Positions 1 to 9,283 of a stretch of DNA of 52,586 nt are shown here, in pieces. The notes under the pieces are model-generated. The model was not told where the DNA came from. It saw only the letters and a program-made list of their open reading frames with translations, and did not search any database. The position numbers and the translations under genes are program-made. Source of the stretch: Clostridia bacterium (GTDB lineage Bacteria > Bacillota > Clostridia > Oscillospirales > CAG-272); NCBI GenBank assembly GCA_017558715.1, contig JAFYTT010000246.1, forward strand, positions 1 to 52,586, written 5' to 3'. Position 1 is the first letter of the stretch, and each line of letters begins with the position of its first letter.

Positions 1-103
1 TGAGAAAGTGGGTGTAATCTCGCTTTTTGTCTGCTGCCAATTGCGGCACCAAAAGCGAGGCTTTTGGTGCGTTCGATCCATCTGCTACGGGTCACCATAC
101 GCA

Positions 104-153
104 ACAAATCCGAACTATTTCGTCAATCGAAATTGGTTCGGATTTGTTTTTTA
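104..153 (+). terminator. Rho-independent terminator-like hairpin
   Basis: Perfect 12-bp outer stem ACAAATCCGAAC (104-115) / GTTCGGATTTGT (136-147) with an inner ATTTCG/CGAAAT helix, followed directly by TTTTTTATT. It probably ends a + strand transcript entering from upstream of the window. Confidence 0.55.
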
Positions 154-480
154 TTACGAGTATCCAAATTGAATCAGAAGAATCTCGAGAGTGACTATTT
201 CGGTCGTTCCCGAGATTCTTTTGTTTTATCGGTTGTATGTACGCAGCGCATATTCAGGGGATTGGGGCAGATTGTGTCAAAAGTATGTAAGCCCCAATAA
301 TCCCTGTCTCCCTCAAGAACCACATTCATGGTACAATATTCACATATCTCCAACCACGCTCTTGTAGTAACTGAAACAAAAGGATGTTTTCCAAACACTC
401 TATTGGAGTAAATGGAAAGTCTCAATTCGTTGCAAATACTCTATGAGAGTTGCTGGAAGACGAACAAAGGGAGAGTCACC

Positions 481-774
481 ATGAATGAAATGACAAGAAC
501 AATCGCAGAAATGAAAGACAGGGTAAAAATGGCAACAGCGGATACAGGAATGTCAGCAAAGCGGAAAAGGTGTGCAGGTCTGGTGCAAAGAGAATGGAAT
601 CGCCGCAAGTACATATTACAGATACCTGCGTAAGATCCGTGAAACACTGCTGCAGGACCCATTGAAATGCAATTTTTCCTGCTCGCTTTTGCTTTTAATA
701 TTCAAAAACTTTGCAATCGCATCCAAAATCATCGTGTTTTGTCTGATCTTTTCTCCCTTTCTGCTGCGTCTTGA
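481..774 (+). pseudogene. Degenerate, internally deleted and frameshifted transposase remnant
   Basis: ATG at 481 follows AAGGGAGAG. Translation MNEMTRTIAEMKDRVKMATADTGMSAK breaks off and continues in another frame as VWCKENGIAASTYYRYLRKIRE, a transposase-type helix-turn-helix. It then returns to the first frame as EMQFFLLAFAFNIQKLCNRIQNHR...stop (664-774), a tail typical of IS1182/IS4-like DDE transposases. There is no catalytic core in between. The region is visibly AT-rich compared with the rest of the window. Confidence 0.4.
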
Positions 775-859
775 TTATTTCTTTCTTCATTATAGATATT
801 TTTAGGGTGATTTTTCATCACCCTTGGAGTTTTATGCTTTTAAATTAATTTTGTTTCTG

Positions 860-922
860 AAAAAATCTGGAACTGTTGCAAGTTACTTCAGGGGTGAACT
901 TGCAACAGTTCCTTCTGTGTTT
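860..922. terminator. Bidirectional intrinsic terminator
   Basis: Perfect 16-bp stem GGAACTGTTGCAAGTT (869-884) / AACTTGCAACAGTTCC (897-912), with an A-run 5' and TTCTGTGTTTTTC 3'. It lies 38 nt past the stop of the minus-strand kinase-like gene. Confidence 0.75.
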
Positions 923-949
923 TTCATGATACATGATGGTTGGGATATG

Positions 950-1540
950 CTATTCACACGGATGGTCGCCTTGACACAATCCTTCCAAAGCATCGAGTAT
1001 TTCAGTCAGAACATCTTCACGATGGATCGAGGTATCATACGTTAATATATGATATTCCCGGAATTTCTCACAGAAAAACCGATTTCTTTCCATGAATTGC
1101 TCACAGAATTTGTCCAGCTGTTCATCAGATACATAATAGGTCCAATCATCTTCCGTATCGTATTTTCTGATGTTTCGGAATAAATCTTCCTTTGATTGAT
1201 GGTTATAGGTCAAACCGATCAAGACATATTTGCTCGTATCGATTGTGGGGAGCAATTTCTCAAAATCAATATCGGTTCCTTCTATGACGGTTTTGCATCC
1301 GTCATAGAATTTTGTTCCCTCCGACAACTCTTTTAAGTATTCAGACAAAAAACCGGATATCTGTTCAGAGATGTTAAAATGATCTCCGTCCCATGCAATA
1401 TTCAGCCCCGGAAACGCTGCCAATGCGGTTACGATATCATCGATACTGATCATACTGTAACCATATTTTTTATGGATCATTTTGGACAATGTTGTTTTTC
1501 CTGCTCTGCCCGGTCCCATGATCAAGATGTTTTTATACAT
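950..1540 (-). CDS. P-loop NTPase / nucleoside(-tide) kinase-like protein
   Basis: ORF 950-1627 trimmed to the ATG at 1540, which has GAGGAG upstream. The N-terminus MYKNILIMGPGRAGKTTL contains a Walker A motif. 196 aa. The gene is visibly AT-richer than the genes upstream of it. Confidence 0.7.
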   Translation of the reverse strand: MYKNILIMGPGRAGKTTLSKMIHKKYGYSMISIDDIVTALAAFPGLNIAWDGDHFNISEQISGFLSEYLKELSEGTKFYDGCKTVIEGTDIDFEKLLPTIDTSKYVLIGLTYNHQSKEDLFRNIRKYDTEDDWTYYVSDEQLDKFCEQFMERNRFFCEKFREYHILTYDTSIHREDVLTEILDALEGLCQGDHPCE

Positions 1541-1580
1541 TGCAATCTCCTCTGACGGTTGCTGAAATCCGTAATCGAAT

Positions 1581-2288
1581 CTACGGCAGCTCCAGAATAC
1601 GGACTGCTGCGGCTGTTTCACGTTCACACAGCGCAGAAAGCGTCAGATAGTGAATCCCGTTCACATCCGATTCCATACCGGGGTGATAGTGTCCGCAGAT
1701 GACGCTGCGAACAACGCCGCTTTCCTCAAACATACAGCGAAGCTGATCGGCATTTGACAGGCGATGATCCTCACTGATATTGGGATCAACATTCTGATGC
1801 AGGAAGATACAGACAGGTCTGTCCGCATCTGCAAGCTGATTCTGCAATACGTCCGTGTAGGGATAATATGTATCGGTCCAGTCACCGCCGCCGGGTCCAT
1901 AATGCGAGCCATCGGCATAATAGCAGGCGTCGAGGAAGATCAACATCGCCGCATCTGTTCTGACGGTATGCGGTCGATGCTTCTGACCGAGGATTTCATA
2001 AAAAGCTTCTTCCGTGAAGACAAAAGCATCGTGGTTCCCCATCAGACACAGTGTGGGAATCGGAGACGCATCCATGACAGCGGCACACGCGCGCAGATTT
2101 TCACATTCTTTTTCGTAGGTCGTCTCGGTATCTGTCAGGTCTCCCAGACACAGAACAAGATCACAGCCTTCGTTTTCAAACATCCGATAGGCTTCCTTGA
2201 TTTTCTCAAGAGAACGGCTGTTATAGCGGCATCCGCAGGTCAAGTCCGACGACGAATAATGCGAATCCGTAAAAATTCCGAGTTTCAT
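1581..2288 (-). CDS. Metallophosphoesterase (calcineurin-like)
   Basis: Motifs FTDSHY, GDLTD, GNHD, FLHQN and GHYH occur in canonical order. GAGGAGG RBS. The start overlaps the upstream stop (ATGA at 2285-2288). Confidence 0.85.
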   Translation of the reverse strand: MKLGIFTDSHYSSSDLTCGCRYNSRSLEKIKEAYRMFENEGCDLVLCLGDLTDTETTYEKECENLRACAAVMDASPIPTLCLMGNHDAFVFTEEAFYEILGQKHRPHTVRTDAAMLIFLDACYYADGSHYGPGGGDWTDTYYPYTDVLQNQLADADRPVCIFLHQNVDPNISEDHRLSNADQLRCMFEESGVVRSVICGHYHPGMESDVNGIHYLTLSALCERETAAAVRILELP

Positions 2289-3085
2289 GATGCATCCTCC
2301 TCATTCAGAACAACAAACGCGGCATTGATGCCCGGTGCGGAATGTGTGTCATACTGCGTATCCGTGACCGTCACATTACCCGCACCCTCTCCGTAAAACG
2401 TCACGGTATCGCCGGGCAGAAGATTCATGCGGTCCTCGCGGATGCAGTCGCAGACAAGCACGGTAAATGTTTGGGCTTCATTTGAACAGATATAATAGTT
2501 CGGATAGCGAGTATGGCTGTAAGCGCCATCCGCATCGGAGATCATTTCACGTACCGTCAGTGTGACCGCGACATTTTGATCCCGATAAGCATCCGCCATG
2601 CGGTAATAGGTTTCGGCATCGACTGTTTCACACGCGGCAATGTATTCCTCCCGCGGCATCGCAGCATCAACCGGAGATTCAAACTGTCCGCGGATCATGC
2701 CGATCAGCATCCCGCCGACACCCCATGAAACAAGAACGGTATAAAGCAGTGCCACAACAACAAAGGTAATTTTCTGTTTTTGGGGATGCGGACTGGTAAT
2801 CAGAAGAACCACACCGATCAAGGGCATGAACAGCAGTGCCAGCGCGATAAACCACCAGGAATGATACCATTCCACGAAAACAACACGGGAGGATGCCCGT
2901 GAAAAATTCTGCCTTTTCGCCTTGACCGGCTTTCTGTTTCCCGCGCGGTATTCCTCCGGGCAGTACGCAGAACAAATCGGACAGTATTCCGTTGTGGGTG
3001 CAAAATAACTGCCGCATTCCGGACACCGATTCAGATCGGGGCGGTCAAGCTCATCGGTACTGTGAGAGCCGAGCAAACGTCCCAT
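2285..3085 (-). CDS. Zinc-ribbon membrane protein of unknown function
   Basis: N-terminal CPECG...CPIC zinc ribbon, two hydrophobic helices (WWFIALALLFMPLIGVVLLI; FVVVALLYTVLVSWGVGGMLIGMI) and a C-terminal domain of about 140 aa. AGGAAGGA RBS. Translationally coupled to the metallophosphoesterase. Confidence 0.7.
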   Translation of the reverse strand: MGRLLGSHSTDELDRPDLNRCPECGSYFAPTTEYCPICSAYCPEEYRAGNRKPVKAKRQNFSRASSRVVFVEWYHSWWFIALALLFMPLIGVVLLITSPHPQKQKITFVVVALLYTVLVSWGVGGMLIGMIRGQFESPVDAAMPREEYIAACETVDAETYYRMADAYRDQNVAVTLTVREMISDADGAYSHTRYPNYYICSNEAQTFTVLVCDCIREDRMNLLPGDTVTFYGEGAGNVTVTDTQYDTHSAPGINAAFVVLNEEDAS

Positions 3086-3129
3086 TGTATCAATTCCTTC
3101 CTTTTGATTGGTTATATCTCATTGAAGAT

Positions 3130-3158
3130 ATTATAGCACACCTGTATGCAATTGTCAA
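3130..3158 (-). promoter_or_regulatory. Sigma-A-type promoter for the zinc-ribbon/phosphoesterase operon
   Basis: On the minus strand, TTGACA (3158-3153), a 17-nt spacer and TATAAT (3135-3130). Exact consensus. Confidence 0.65.
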
Positions 3159-3207
3159 TTACCGACAGTATCGGATGGAAAATCAATCGGAATTTTTCTG
3201 TTACAGA

Positions 3208-3236
3208 TTGACATCACATGTGATATATAGTATAAT
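3208..3236 (+). promoter_or_regulatory. Sigma-A-type promoter for the first SBP gene
   Basis: TTGACA (3208-3213), 17-nt spacer, TATAAT (3231-3236), about 60 nt upstream of the ATG at 3296. Confidence 0.65.
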
Positions 3237-3295
3237 AATAACAGAAAAACAGGCTTGTTCCCATTGAAAAAACACGATAAACAAAGGAGAATTTC

Positions 3296-4753
3296 ATGAA
3301 ACACATCACATCGGCTCTGCTTGCCGCACTCATGCTTGCATCGCTGGCTTCCTGCGGTGATGCCTCCACGGATACCACGGTTGATTCCACCGCCGATACC
3401 ACCGCTGCTGTTGTTACCGAAGCTGCCGCACCGTCTCTGCTTGACGATCTCGGGGAGCGCGATCTCGGCGGTATGGTCTATACCATTTTTGACTGCAATG
3501 CCCATTCCGCCATTCAGGCAATCATCCCCGGCGAGGAAATGACCGGTGACGTTGTCAACGATGCCCTCCTGACCCGTGACCTCTATCTGGAGGAGCGTTA
3601 TAACTGCTCCATCGAATACATCCAGCAAAATGACATCAACAAGCTCAAGTCCATGGTCACCGCAGGTGATGACGAGTGGCAGATGATCATCGCGACCATG
3701 GTCAGCCTCAACTCGCAGGCAACGGCAGGGTATCTTGCCGACATGTGCGATATGCCGTATCTGGAAATGGATCAGAACTGGTGGAATCCGCTGATGTATG
3801 AAAACATGCGTCTGCATGAAGCCATGTACTTTACCGCATCCGATATCGCGCCCGGTGTCTACAAGATGCCCGGCTGTATGTTCCTCAACCTGAAGCTCTA
3901 CACCGACTATGACTACGACTTCGATATTTTCCAGTCTGTCATTGACGGCAAATGGACCGTGGAACAGCTCCGTACCATGACCAAGGATATGGACAACGAC
4001 CTGAACATGGACAACTCCTGGAATGTCGATGACGACTTCTTCGGCTTCGCCATGCAGAAGGACTCCACAGAAGCCTCCCAGATCCTGCTTGCCGGTGCAG
4101 GCGTACAGTTCTCGCACATCAACGAAGCCGGCGACAACATCACCTGTGATCTGCTCTCCGACAGCCATGCTGTACAGGTCATCGAGGGTGTCAGCGATCT
4201 GTTCAAGTCGATCAATCTCGGTGCCGACGGCGATATCAACGGCTTCTCCAATATCCTCTTTGAAAGCGACCGTGCGCTGTTCTTCATGCACAAACTCGAA
4301 TCCGCTGCCGTCCATCTGCGCGATATGAAGTCGGACTATCTGATTCTGCCCGCGCCGAAGTGGGACGAAAACCAGGAATCTTACTATTCCTTCTTGTCTC
4401 CGTGGGGCTCTTGCTTTATCGCTCTGCCGCAGACGGTCACCGGAAACGAAAATTACGGTTTCTTCACCGAAGCACTGGCACGCTACTCCCGTGAGGTTGT
4501 CCGTCCCGTTGCATATGACCTTGTATACAAGGAAAAGGACACCCGTGACGAGCGTTCCGCAAAGGTTCTTGACATCCTGCTTGACTCCACCTACATCGAC
4601 TTCGCATCGCTGTACGACTTCGGCGGTGTCAACGGTGTTCTTGTCAATGTCCTGTACAAAGATCAGCCGCTGGCATCCAATATCGAAAAGATCCAGTCGA
4701 AGATCGATACCTCGATTGCAAAGCTCGTTGAGGCATGGATGCCGATCGAATAA
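3296..4753 (+). CDS. Extracellular solute-binding lipoprotein (ABC-importer SBP fold, LplA/YtcQ-like size class), paralogue 1
   Basis: 485 aa with AAAGGAG RBS, a signal peptide with lipobox LASC and a T/A/D-rich linker. Conserved blocks (DLGG...; GDVVNDALLTRDLYLEERYN) are shared with the ORFs at 7707, 9284 and 37329. Antisense ORF 3155-4315 is judged a shadow ORF. Confidence 0.75.
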   Translation: MKHITSALLAALMLASLASCGDASTDTTVDSTADTTAAVVTEAAAPSLLDDLGERDLGGMVYTIFDCNAHSAIQAIIPGEEMTGDVVNDALLTRDLYLEERYNCSIEYIQQNDINKLKSMVTAGDDEWQMIIATMVSLNSQATAGYLADMCDMPYLEMDQNWWNPLMYENMRLHEAMYFTASDIAPGVYKMPGCMFLNLKLYTDYDYDFDIFQSVIDGKWTVEQLRTMTKDMDNDLNMDNSWNVDDDFFGFAMQKDSTEASQILLAGAGVQFSHINEAGDNITCDLLSDSHAVQVIEGVSDLFKSINLGADGDINGFSNILFESDRALFFMHKLESAAVHLRDMKSDYLILPAPKWDENQESYYSFLSPWGSCFIALPQTVTGNENYGFFTEALARYSREVVRPVAYDLVYKEKDTRDERSAKVLDILLDSTYIDFASLYDFGGVNGVLVNVLYKDQPLASNIEKIQSKIDTSIAKLVEAWMPIE

Positions 4754-4796
4754 TTGTCATAATGATGATAAAAATCCCCCTTGAAAGGACATCGTC

Positions 4797-7628
4797 ATGC
4801 GTATCAGATTTTTGTCTCTGCTGATTGCTGTTATCCTGATGGCGGGAGCCATCTGTCTCACCGGATGCGACGCACCACAAACGCAGCCACCAGAAGAAAC
4901 CGTTTCCCCCGAAGTGCTCACCGGCCGTTTTTCCGGATACAGTATTGTCCGTCCCGATTCTGCCGCCCAAGGCGAGGTCGATGCGGCCATTTACTTGCGC
5001 AGTGTTTTTGAGGAATACGGAGTTACCGTCGATCTTACCACCGACTGGGTAAATCGCGGCGAAGAACCGCCGCAGGGAACCCCGGAGATTCTTGTAGGGA
5101 ATACCAACCGTCCGGAGACCGCGCAGTATGCGGCTGGTCTGCGGCAGGATGAATTTGCCGTTGCCAAGGAAGGAAACCGATATGTACTGGTCGGCGGTTC
5201 CGATGATGCCGTGCAGGCGGCTTGTTCCTGGTTTGTGCAGCATGTCATGCCATGGAACGGTGAGGGACTGTATGCGGACGGTAATGTGTTCACGCAAAAG
5301 CAGACATATCGTGTAGAGAATCCTCTCATCGATGGAAATACATTGCAGGAATACTGGATTCTGTACACCAATCAGACGTACAACGAAGAAATCTTTGGTG
5401 AAAGACTTCAGCAAACCATTCTGGAAGAAACGGGATGGATGCTGCCGTTAAAGAAGATCAGTATTCTTGATCTGAACAACGAGCGGTATGCAAAGCAGAT
5501 TTTCCTGCAGGTAGATAAGAATATGGAAGAAGGATACCGCATCACGCTGGAGGACGGCAAAATCCTGATCAGCGGCAGCAATCAGATCCAGTTTCAGGGG
5601 GCTGTTATGGCTCTTCGGAAAGAAATGGAGGAGAGCAGCATGAACTACACAAGCGGAACAATATTGGAAGGAAAACTGGAAAAGCAGTCATTGACGCTGT
5701 ATGCCGATCCCAATGCCAAAGCAGGCGGAGACGGCAGTGCGTCTGCTCCCTTTGCCACCGGTGACGACATCATGACCGGAATCCTTGCCAGGGCAGAGGA
5801 TGCAGCCTATGACATTACTGTGCAGATGAAGGGTGGAGACTACCGCATCACCAATACCATGACGCTGGATTCCGTCGGCGTTGGGGTATTCGGATCCACC
5901 GTACAGTTTATCTGTGACGATGAAGCCGAAGCCCGCTTCTGTGCATGGGTTCCTGTGACCGGATTTACAGAAACCACTGTCAACGGTGTCACTGCATGGA
6001 GTGCCGCTTTGCCCATCGTCCGTGAGGAAGTTCTGTACCCCAATCAGTGCTTCTCCATCGCCGGTGAAAGACTGGAAAGACCGCGGTATCCGGAAGGAAA
6101 TGACGAGCTGACGGCGGAGCCGGCCGGTTGGTCTCTTGACACTGTCCAGTGGAACGAAAGCATGAATGTATTCGGATACTCGGACGAAACCGTCGAAACC
6201 TTCTCCCGCCCCGAAGACATCCAGATTCACATGTTCCACTACTGGGACGATGAGCGGCTGGAGATCGGTGCGATTGATCAGGATACCAATCGGATTACCA
6301 CCAAAACCAACAGTCCCATGGCATTTATCGAATATACCGAAGGGGCACCGTATTACTTCGATAATGTTTATGAAATGCTGCGCAAACCCGGTCAGTTCTA
6401 TGTAGACAAACAGGAAAACCGTCTGCTCTATATTCCCAGAGACGGCGAGAAGATCGATGAATTCACGCTGTATGCGTCCGATCTTTCCGTGATTCTGACC
6501 ATCGACGGATTCCATGGAACAGAATCGGCACCGGCGGTCTCTTTCCGTAATATCGGATTTGTGGGCAGTGACTGGAAAGACACCTCCCGTGCCTCCACGC
6601 AGGCTGCATCCGATATCCACGGTGCAGTCCGCGTCAACAACAGTTCTTACATTATCTTCGATGACTGCGCCTTTACGGGCATCGGAGATTATGCTCTGGA
6701 GATTCAGAACGGCGTTTCCCATCTGAATGTCACCCACTGTACCTTCCGCGACATCGGTGCCGGCGGCATCACGATCTATGGTGTCAACGAAGTCCCTGTC
6801 ACTGATGAGGTCAATCACGATCTGACCATCACCGATAACTACATCGGTTCCTACGGCAGAGTCCATGCCAACGGTATCGGTATTGTTCTGCGCTACGCCT
6901 ATGACTGTACCCTGTCCCACAACGAAATCACCGACGGATATTATTCCGGTATCTCTGTCGGCTGGAGTTGGGGATATGCACCTCACGCCACAAGCAATAT
7001 TCTGGTGGAAAAGAATCACATCTATAATATCGGTCAGTATATGCTGTCCGACATGGGCGGTATCTATACGCTCGGTCTGCAGCCCGGAACGGTTCTGCGC
7101 GGGAATCTGATACACAATGTATATTCCCGTTCCAGCAAAGCATGGGGACTTTACACCGACGAAGGCTCCACAGACATTCTGATTGAAAACAACATCTCTT
7201 ATGATGTGAAATCAGAATCCTTCCATCAGCACTACGGCAAGGACAACATCGTCCGCAACAACATTTTGGCATTGGGTCATGACGGTATTGTTATGGTATC
7301 CCGTCTGGAAGAACACACTGCCATCTATCTGGAACGCAACATCCTGCTCTCTGACGGTGCTCCGATCTATCTGCAGCATCCGGACGGCATGAACATGCAG
7401 GATGACAGCAATCTGATGTGGAATCTGTCCGGGGACGTTTTCTGTTCCGGCAATAAGCTGACCCCGGAGGAAATGCAGAAACGAGGTCTGTTCCGCAATG
7501 CCGTCATCGCGGATCCCGGTTTTGCAGATCCGCACAACGGCGACTTCACTTTGCCGGCAGATTCTCCCGCCTATGCCATCGGATTTGAACCCATTGACAT
7601 GAGCGACGTGGGAATTCGAGAAAAGTAA
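4797..7628 (+). CDS. Surface lipoprotein with right-handed parallel beta-helix domain (polysaccharide lyase/glycosidase-like)
   Basis: 943 aa with lipobox LTGC. The C-terminal half has repeated beta-helix rungs (FRDIGAGGITIYG, ITDNYIG, GIGIVLRYAYDCTLSHNEITD, GISVGWSWGY, VEKNHIYNIG, GGIYTLG, LRGNLIHNVY, GLYTDEGSTDILIENNISYDV). It starts 44 nt after the SBP gene. Confidence 0.7.
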   Translation: MRIRFLSLLIAVILMAGAICLTGCDAPQTQPPEETVSPEVLTGRFSGYSIVRPDSAAQGEVDAAIYLRSVFEEYGVTVDLTTDWVNRGEEPPQGTPEILVGNTNRPETAQYAAGLRQDEFAVAKEGNRYVLVGGSDDAVQAACSWFVQHVMPWNGEGLYADGNVFTQKQTYRVENPLIDGNTLQEYWILYTNQTYNEEIFGERLQQTILEETGWMLPLKKISILDLNNERYAKQIFLQVDKNMEEGYRITLEDGKILISGSNQIQFQGAVMALRKEMEESSMNYTSGTILEGKLEKQSLTLYADPNAKAGGDGSASAPFATGDDIMTGILARAEDAAYDITVQMKGGDYRITNTMTLDSVGVGVFGSTVQFICDDEAEARFCAWVPVTGFTETTVNGVTAWSAALPIVREEVLYPNQCFSIAGERLERPRYPEGNDELTAEPAGWSLDTVQWNESMNVFGYSDETVETFSRPEDIQIHMFHYWDDERLEIGAIDQDTNRITTKTNSPMAFIEYTEGAPYYFDNVYEMLRKPGQFYVDKQENRLLYIPRDGEKIDEFTLYASDLSVILTIDGFHGTESAPAVSFRNIGFVGSDWKDTSRASTQAASDIHGAVRVNNSSYIIFDDCAFTGIGDYALEIQNGVSHLNVTHCTFRDIGAGGITIYGVNEVPVTDEVNHDLTITDNYIGSYGRVHANGIGIVLRYAYDCTLSHNEITDGYYSGISVGWSWGYAPHATSNILVEKNHIYNIGQYMLSDMGGIYTLGLQPGTVLRGNLIHNVYSRSSKAWGLYTDEGSTDILIENNISYDVKSESFHQHYGKDNIVRNNILALGHDGIVMVSRLEEHTAIYLERNILLSDGAPIYLQHPDGMNMQDDSNLMWNLSGDVFCSGNKLTPEEMQKRGLFRNAVIADPGFADPHNGDFTLPADSPAYAIGFEPIDMSDVGIREK

Positions 7629-7644
7629 CGTATATACATTTCAT

Positions 7645-7698
7645 CAAAAAAGACTGCACGTCAGCCAATGAAGGCATACGACGTGCAGTCTTTCTTTA
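7645..7698. terminator. Bidirectional intrinsic terminator between convergent genes
   Basis: 13-bp stem AAGACTGCACGTC (7650-7662) / GACGTGCAGTCTT (7680-7692), flanked by an A-run and TCTTTAT. Confidence 0.75.
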
Positions 7699-7706
7699 TG
7701 GAGTTC

Positions 7707-9215
7707 TTACTGTTCTTCGATCAGATTTTCAATAACCTTTTCAAACTGCTTGTTCAAGGACTTGTAGTTCTTTTCGTAGGTAGAGATCCACGCTGCCTTG
7801 TTATCCATCAGACAGGAACGGAACAGCGAATATGTTTTGCCGTTGACACTGTCATTGAAGATTCTGCCGATATCAAAGACGTTGGAGCCGCGGATGATAT
7901 CGTACATTTCCGATGCATCGTTGTCACCTGCATATTTGACCTTGAGCGCGACCTCAAAGAGTGCGGGCGAAACGGTGCGGTAGGATTCGGAAGCCATGCA
8001 TTCAAGAATGGCTGCCGACATCGCAGGATCCTTTGCATCTACAGGAATGCCGTACAGCGTATACGGGAACGAAGAAACCGTATAATAGCCGTCCTGTGCT
8101 TCATCATATTTCGGCATCGGAAGAATACCGTATTCGACATCGGAATCGCGCAGATGGTTGGTTGCAAAATAGATTTCGGTCGTTAAGAACAGCGCTCTGT
8201 TCTGCAGGAACTGATCGCGGATCAGCTGGTTGTTGTCAACACCGAAATACATATCGTTCTTGGTGTAGAAAACATCGAGCAATTTCTGCAGAAGCGTCTG
8301 TGTTTTTTCGCCGCCGAATTCCTCGGACAGAACAGGGAGTCCGTCCGCACCTACAGCCGTTGTACGCAGACCGCTTGCAAAGAAGAATGCATCCGACCAG
8401 ACGGAATGAGTGGTATAACCGTACTGGTCTTCCACATTTTTCTGTCCGTCACCGTTGAGGTCGATATAAATTCCCTCGGACAACTCGATGAGCTTATCCA
8501 GCGTCCAGCTTCCGTCGCGTACCATCTGATACAGACTGTCGATCTCAATATCGAAGTTCTGTGCCATGGTTTTGTTGAAATAGGTCGCGTACAGCATGTA
8601 GATCATGTTGGTGGAAATGTCACCGGAGCAGAAATACAGCTTGTCGCCGCAGGTCGCTTCTTTAATCAGAGATTCCGGCCACCACGGTTTTTCGAAATTG
8701 ATGTAATCAAGATCCATCAGATCCACGATCAAGCGGTTATTGGCAAGTGTTGCGCCGCTCATGGAATAGCCTGCGACAATATCATTGGAGCCGTCGCCTG
8801 CCATCGTTGCCTGTGTTACCAGCTTGACCCATGCGCTGCGGTCGTTGTACGCACCGGGTGCAAGCGTAAAGGTCAGCTCCAGATTCAGCCGTTCTTCAAC
8901 CGTACGGTTGCGGGCAAACAGGGCATCATTGACGATATCACCGTTTTGTTCCTCTACATAGAATTCATCATTGCCGGAACCGTCCCAGCCGAAAATATGT
9001 GTCGTCACACCGCCGAAGTCAAGGTCTTCGGGCAGGTTATCAGGTTCGTACACGACAGCAGCTTCGGTGACTGCCTCTGTCACAGCGGCAGTATCTGCTG
9101 CGGTGCCGCCATCGGTTTCGACCGGTGTTTTTGCGGTCTCGCCGCATGCGGTCAAAGATGCGGCAAGAAGAAGCATTGCGGTCAGTGCGGAAGAAATACG
9201 GGAAGTACGTTTCAT
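7707..9215 (-). CDS. Extracellular solute-binding lipoprotein, paralogue 2
   Basis: 502 aa with lipobox LTAC and a T/A/E-rich linker. Carries the NLPEDLDFGG and GDIVNDALFARNRTVEERLN blocks. AAGAGG RBS. Confidence 0.75.
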   Translation of the reverse strand: MKRTSRISSALTAMLLLAASLTACGETAKTPVETDGGTAADTAAVTEAVTEAAVVYEPDNLPEDLDFGGVTTHIFGWDGSGNDEFYVEEQNGDIVNDALFARNRTVEERLNLELTFTLAPGAYNDRSAWVKLVTQATMAGDGSNDIVAGYSMSGATLANNRLIVDLMDLDYINFEKPWWPESLIKEATCGDKLYFCSGDISTNMIYMLYATYFNKTMAQNFDIEIDSLYQMVRDGSWTLDKLIELSEGIYIDLNGDGQKNVEDQYGYTTHSVWSDAFFFASGLRTTAVGADGLPVLSEEFGGEKTQTLLQKLLDVFYTKNDMYFGVDNNQLIRDQFLQNRALFLTTEIYFATNHLRDSDVEYGILPMPKYDEAQDGYYTVSSFPYTLYGIPVDAKDPAMSAAILECMASESYRTVSPALFEVALKVKYAGDNDASEMYDIIRGSNVFDIGRIFNDSVNGKTYSLFRSCLMDNKAAWISTYEKNYKSLNKQFEKVIENLIEEQ

Positions 9216-9283
9216 GATCGGTTTACCTCTTTCCTATTGATTCTCCTGTAATTTCAAAATAAGGGGGCGTTCTGAAAGTGCTG

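Noticed and set aside
40-100. A possible tRNA or tmRNA 3' end, suggested by GGTGCGTTCGATCC...CACCA and a 10-bp hairpin at 46-70.
   Set aside because: The bases flanking the TTCGATC loop are not complementary, so there is no T-arm. No acceptor or anticodon stems could be built.
64-1045. Track ORFs 64-300, 195-425, 412-633, 572-805 and 824-1045 as genes.
   Set aside because: They are short, mutually overlapping and AT-rich, lack RBSs (except the 481 ATG), and cross hairpins and terminators. Two of them are pieces of the frameshifted transposase remnant.
950-1540. A zeta-toxin-type kinase of a toxin-antitoxin pair.
   Set aside because: There is no small antitoxin ORF immediately upstream; only 40 nt separate it from the phosphoesterase stop. 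The protein is shorter than typical zeta toxins. Only the generic P-loop is recognisable.
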